This document shows, piece by piece, positions 32,479 to 34,903 of a DNA stretch of 34,903 nt. Below the pieces are notes generated by a model. It was not told the origin of the DNA and made no database searches. It saw only the letters and a program-made list of their open reading frames with translations. The stretch comes from Nitrospirota bacterium (GTDB lineage: Bacteria; Nitrospirota; Thermodesulfovibrionia; UBA6902; DSMQ01): the NCBI GenBank assembly GCA_016207865.1, contig JACQZD010000052.1, positions 1 to 34,903 of the forward strand, in the 5' to 3' direction. The translations under genes were made by a program, and so were the position numbers. Position 1 is the stretch's first letter. Each line of letters begins with the position of its first letter.

Positions 32479-33336
32479 ATGAAAAAAATACTCATTCCAT
32501 TAATATTAACTCTTTTATTAACCCCTGCCCTCTACGCCGCGCAGTCCACCATCACTGAATCCGAGGGCTATGCCTGTATGGGCGAGGACAAGTCGCGAAA
32601 GCAAACCGAGCAGACGGCAATGGCTGATGCAAAGAGGAATGCAGTTGAATATGCCGCAACTTATATTAAGAGTGAAACACAGGTCAAAGATTTTGAGCTT
32701 CAAAAGGATTTAATTGAGGCGTATTCAAGGGCGTCTGTAAAAATAATTCAGGAGATTAAGAGGGAATGGTATAAAGACGCCTCTGTAGGGGATTGTTTTA
32801 AGATTAAAATTAAGGCAGAGGTTATTCCTGATGAAAAGGCCATGGAAAAGGTTGCCAAAAATGTACAATCTGCCGATGACCCGTCTGCGCCGTTAAGCAT
32901 TCAGCTTTGGACCGACAAAAAGGAATATAAAAAAGGTGATATGGTAAAGGTCTATGTCAAAGGCAATAAGCCTTTTTATGCCCGTGTATTGTATAAAGAT
33001 GCAGGAGGTGAATTACTTCAGCTCCTGCCGAATCCATACAGAAAGGATAATTATTTCAACGGCGGGGTGATTTATGAAATTCCTTCGGGAAATGACAAGT
33101 TTGACCTTGAGGTAAGTTCTCCGTTTGGTGAGGAAAATGTGGTAATCTATGCAAGCACGTCTCCTTTGGGCGAGATAAATCTCAAATCAGAGGGCGGGGT
33201 TTATCAGATAAAGACAACGGCATCGGATGTGGGAGACAAGACCAGGGGGATTACATTTAAAGAAAAGACCGGGGATAAAGCAACACAGGCTTCTGAATTT
33301 TTTGAGGAAAAGGTGGTTGTGAGAACAGAGAAGTAG
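32479..33336 (+). CDS. secreted protein with an LPP20-like N-terminal domain and a DUF4384-like C-terminal domain
   Basis: GGGGAGG precedes the ATG at 32479. Signal MKKILIPLILTLLLTPALYA/AQ. The N-terminal part (SEGYACMGEDKSRKQTEQTAMADAKRNAVEYAATYI) resembles LPP20-type lipoproteins. The C-terminal part (LSIQLWTDKKEYKKGDMVKVYVKGNKPFYARVLY.DAGGELLQLLPN...) matches the DUF4384 pattern often linked to caspase or CHAT proteins. This is assigned from memory of the family. Confidence 0.7.
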   Translation: MKKILIPLILTLLLTPALYAAQSTITESEGYACMGEDKSRKQTEQTAMADAKRNAVEYAATYIKSETQVKDFELQKDLIEAYSRASVKIIQEIKREWYKDASVGDCFKIKIKAEVIPDEKAMEKVAKNVQSADDPSAPLSIQLWTDKKEYKKGDMVKVYVKGNKPFYARVLYKDAGGELLQLLPNPYRKDNYFNGGVIYEIPSGNDKFDLEVSSPFGEENVVIYASTSPLGEINLKSEGGVYQIKTTASDVGDKTRGITFKEKTGDKATQASEFFEEKVVVRTEK

Positions 33337-33340
33337 TATC

Positions 33341-33516
33341 AGCAATGGGACATGAGACATAAAAATCTCTTAAAACGCAATGAGTTATTATTGAGATGCC
33401 ATGCGGCAATCGGTAGCGGTTTGTTCTGGAATAAAAATTATACATTCTTCAATCTGCCGCATGACATATTTTAAGGTATTGCCCTAATAGATTTTTCTGC
33501 CCCATGTCCCATTGCT
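33341..33516. repeat. nested inverted-repeat element between the DUF4384 gene and rlmB
   Basis: AGCAATGGGACATG (33341-33354) pairs with CATGTCCCATTGCT (33503-33516), a perfect 14 bp. The inner pair is CATGCGGCA (33400-33408) with TGCCGCATG (33455-33463). Confidence 0.7.
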
Positions 33517-33583
33517 CATCAGGTTAAACAAGCTTTTCCATTATTCAATAAAACTGTTATAATTCCCCAGGAATTAAAACCCT

Positions 33584-34324
33584 ATGAAACCATCAAACGA
33601 CAACTGGATTTACGGCGTTAACCCCGTGCTTGAGGCATTAAAAGCCGGCGGCAGGATTAAATCCATCCGCATATCATCAGGCAGGCACAAGACCGTTCCT
33701 GAAATAATGCAGGCGTCGGAAAAAGCCGGAATCCCTGTAACGATTGAAACTGAGGATTTTTTTAATAAGACATTCCCAAAGGGGCATCAGGGGGTTGCTG
33801 CAAGGATTTCGCAAAAAGGATATGTTGAGCTTGACGAGTTGTTAAAGATACCTTCAGAGAGAAACGAGCCTGCATTTTTTTTAATCCTGGACTGCATAGA
33901 AGACCCGCAAAACTTAGGCGCAATATTAAGGACCGCCGAAACTGCCGGGGTTCACGGTGTTATAATCCAATCACACAGGGCAGCAGGGTTTAGCCCTGCT
34001 GTTTACAAATCATCCGCCGGCGCAGTAGAATACCTGCCGGTAGCTCAGGTATCCAATATCAAACATGCTATAGACCTCCTGAAAAAAACAGGGGTCTGGA
34101 TATACGGAGCTGACATGCAGGCTAAAGAAACACTATGGGATGCTGATATCAGGGGACCTGCTGCAATAGTAATGGGTTCTGAAGGCTCAGGCCTAAGAAA
34201 AACCGTCAGGGAGCACTGTGATTATCTCCTTAGAATCCCCCTCAAGGGAAGGGTTTCCTCGTTAAATGTCTCTGTTGCCGCAGCATTAATTGTCTTTGAA
34301 GCATTAAGGCAACGCACAAGGTAG
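33584..34324 (+). CDS. rlmB: 23S rRNA (guanosine-2'-O-)-methyltransferase, SpoU/TrmH family
   Basis: 246 aa. IYGVNPVLEAL, HQGV, LDCIEDPQNLGAILRTAE, MGSEGSGLR and SLNVSVAA are SPOUT class motifs. Confidence 0.88.
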   Translation: MKPSNDNWIYGVNPVLEALKAGGRIKSIRISSGRHKTVPEIMQASEKAGIPVTIETEDFFNKTFPKGHQGVAARISQKGYVELDELLKIPSERNEPAFFLILDCIEDPQNLGAILRTAETAGVHGVIIQSHRAAGFSPAVYKSSAGAVEYLPVAQVSNIKHAIDLLKKTGVWIYGADMQAKETLWDADIRGPAAIVMGSEGSGLRKTVREHCDYLLRIPLKGRVSSLNVSVAAALIVFEALRQRTR

Positions 34325-34381
34325 CAAAAACCCTGCCAAATTAAAAAGGTTGTAAAAAATACATCATTGTTGTTATACTAC

Positions 34382-34411
34382 TTGACTAAAAATATATTTT
34401 TTTACTATAAT
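34382..34411 (+). promoter_or_regulatory. near-consensus sigma70 promoter upstream of the tRNA cluster
   Basis: TTGACT (34382-34387), 18-nt spacer, TATAAT (34406-34411). It lies about 225 nt upstream of tRNA-Thr. Confidence 0.45.
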
Positions 34412-34558
34412 TTATAGTTTTAAAAGTCGCGGTTTTTAATAAAAAAATATAAACGTGTGGGGAGCGTCGTTTTTAGCCACCGGCGGGGCGGGGAAATATA
34501 TGCTTTTTCAGTGTATTGCTTATCTCCTCAAAGTGCAAGGCAAATTCCCGATAACAAC

Positions 34559-34633
34559 AGTTAAAAGTTATTAGTTAAAAGTTATTAGTTATTTGTTCTA
34601 ATGACGAATAACTGATAACAATTAACAATTGTT
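34559..34633. repeat. 14-nt tandem repeat plus palindromes in the tRNA leader
   Basis: AGTTAAAAGTTATT appears twice (34559-34586) plus a partial third unit. GTTATTAGTTATT pairs with AATAACTGATAAC as an inverted repeat. AACAATTGTT is a perfect 10-bp palindrome. Confidence 0.6.
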
Positions 34634-34636
34634 ATT

Positions 34637-34712
34637 GCCGATGTAGCTCAGTTGGTAGAGCAGCTGATTTGTAATCAGCGGGTCGGGGGTTCGAATCCCT
34701 TCATCGGCTCCA
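34637..34712 (+). tRNA. tRNA-Thr (anticodon UGU), CCA encoded
   Basis: Manual cloverleaf: acceptor GCCGATG/CATCGGC, D arm GCTC-AGTTGGTA-GAGC, anticodon arm GCTGA-TTTGTAA-TCAGC (TGT), T arm GGGGG-TTCGAAT-CCCTT, then T-CCA. Confidence 0.9.
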
Positions 34713-34817
34713 TGAAAGACAGTGATTGGTAGTTAGGGATTAGGGGTTGGAGTTTAACCCTCTTTTGGTATCAGTCTTTTCTAATCCCTACCCCCTAAAC
34801 CCTTACGACTGTTGTTA

Positions 34818-34902
<85 letters not shown>

Positions 34903-34903
34903 G

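Noticed and set aside
722-33445. All minus-strand ORFs in the track, for example 2315-2725, 8829-9173, 15610-15957, 17025-17591, 18115-18630, 18673-19236, 22631-23193 and 25103-25705.
   Set aside because: Each lies entirely antisense to a + strand gene with clear family motifs. Their translations are low-complexity or Ser/Pro/Arg-rich with no recognisable motifs, and they lack start contexts. They are treated as shadow ORFs.

Overview
34.9 kb bacterial chromosomal window, about 45% GC by eye. The source is probably an uncultured Nitrospirota or delta-proteobacteria-like organism, judged only from gene order and repeat content, so this is tentative. Every credible gene is on the + strand. Minus-strand ORFs look like shadows of + strand genes. 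Layout: (1) 93-10593 holds three consecutive efflux systems. These are an RND adaptor plus an RND pump that is broken by an internal deletion and frame change, a MacA-like adaptor with a split MacB-like ATPase and permease, and an EmrA/EmrB-like pair. (2) 10720-11880 is a membrane metallophosphoesterase. (3) 11977-17778 is an aromatic amino-acid cluster, pheA-hisC-aroF-tyrA-aroA. (4) 17876-19540 is a HAMP/PAS sensor with no output domain. (5) 19774-26225 is a housekeeping block, cmk-plsC-ispH-rpsA-sppA-ihfB-cobA/hemD. (6) 26.2-33.4 kb is an accessory stretch. It contains Phd/VapC and two different MNT/HEPN pairs, each preceded by a conserved module holding a decayed 5' end of the downstream gene. 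It also contains a probably truncated coiled-coil ORF, a secreted TPR-CHAT (caspase-like) protease gene with a frame change about 20 codons before its natural end, and a secreted LPP20-like/DUF4384-like partner. (7) The window ends with rlmB and tRNA-Thr(UGU)-tRNA-Tyr(GUA). Almost every intergenic gap carries short hairpin repeats (REP/BIME-like) of several families. Some of these lie in-frame inside or at the ends of coding sequences. The most interesting region is 26.9-33.4 kb. All homology statements come from reading the translations and motifs by eye. No database search or alignment program was run.
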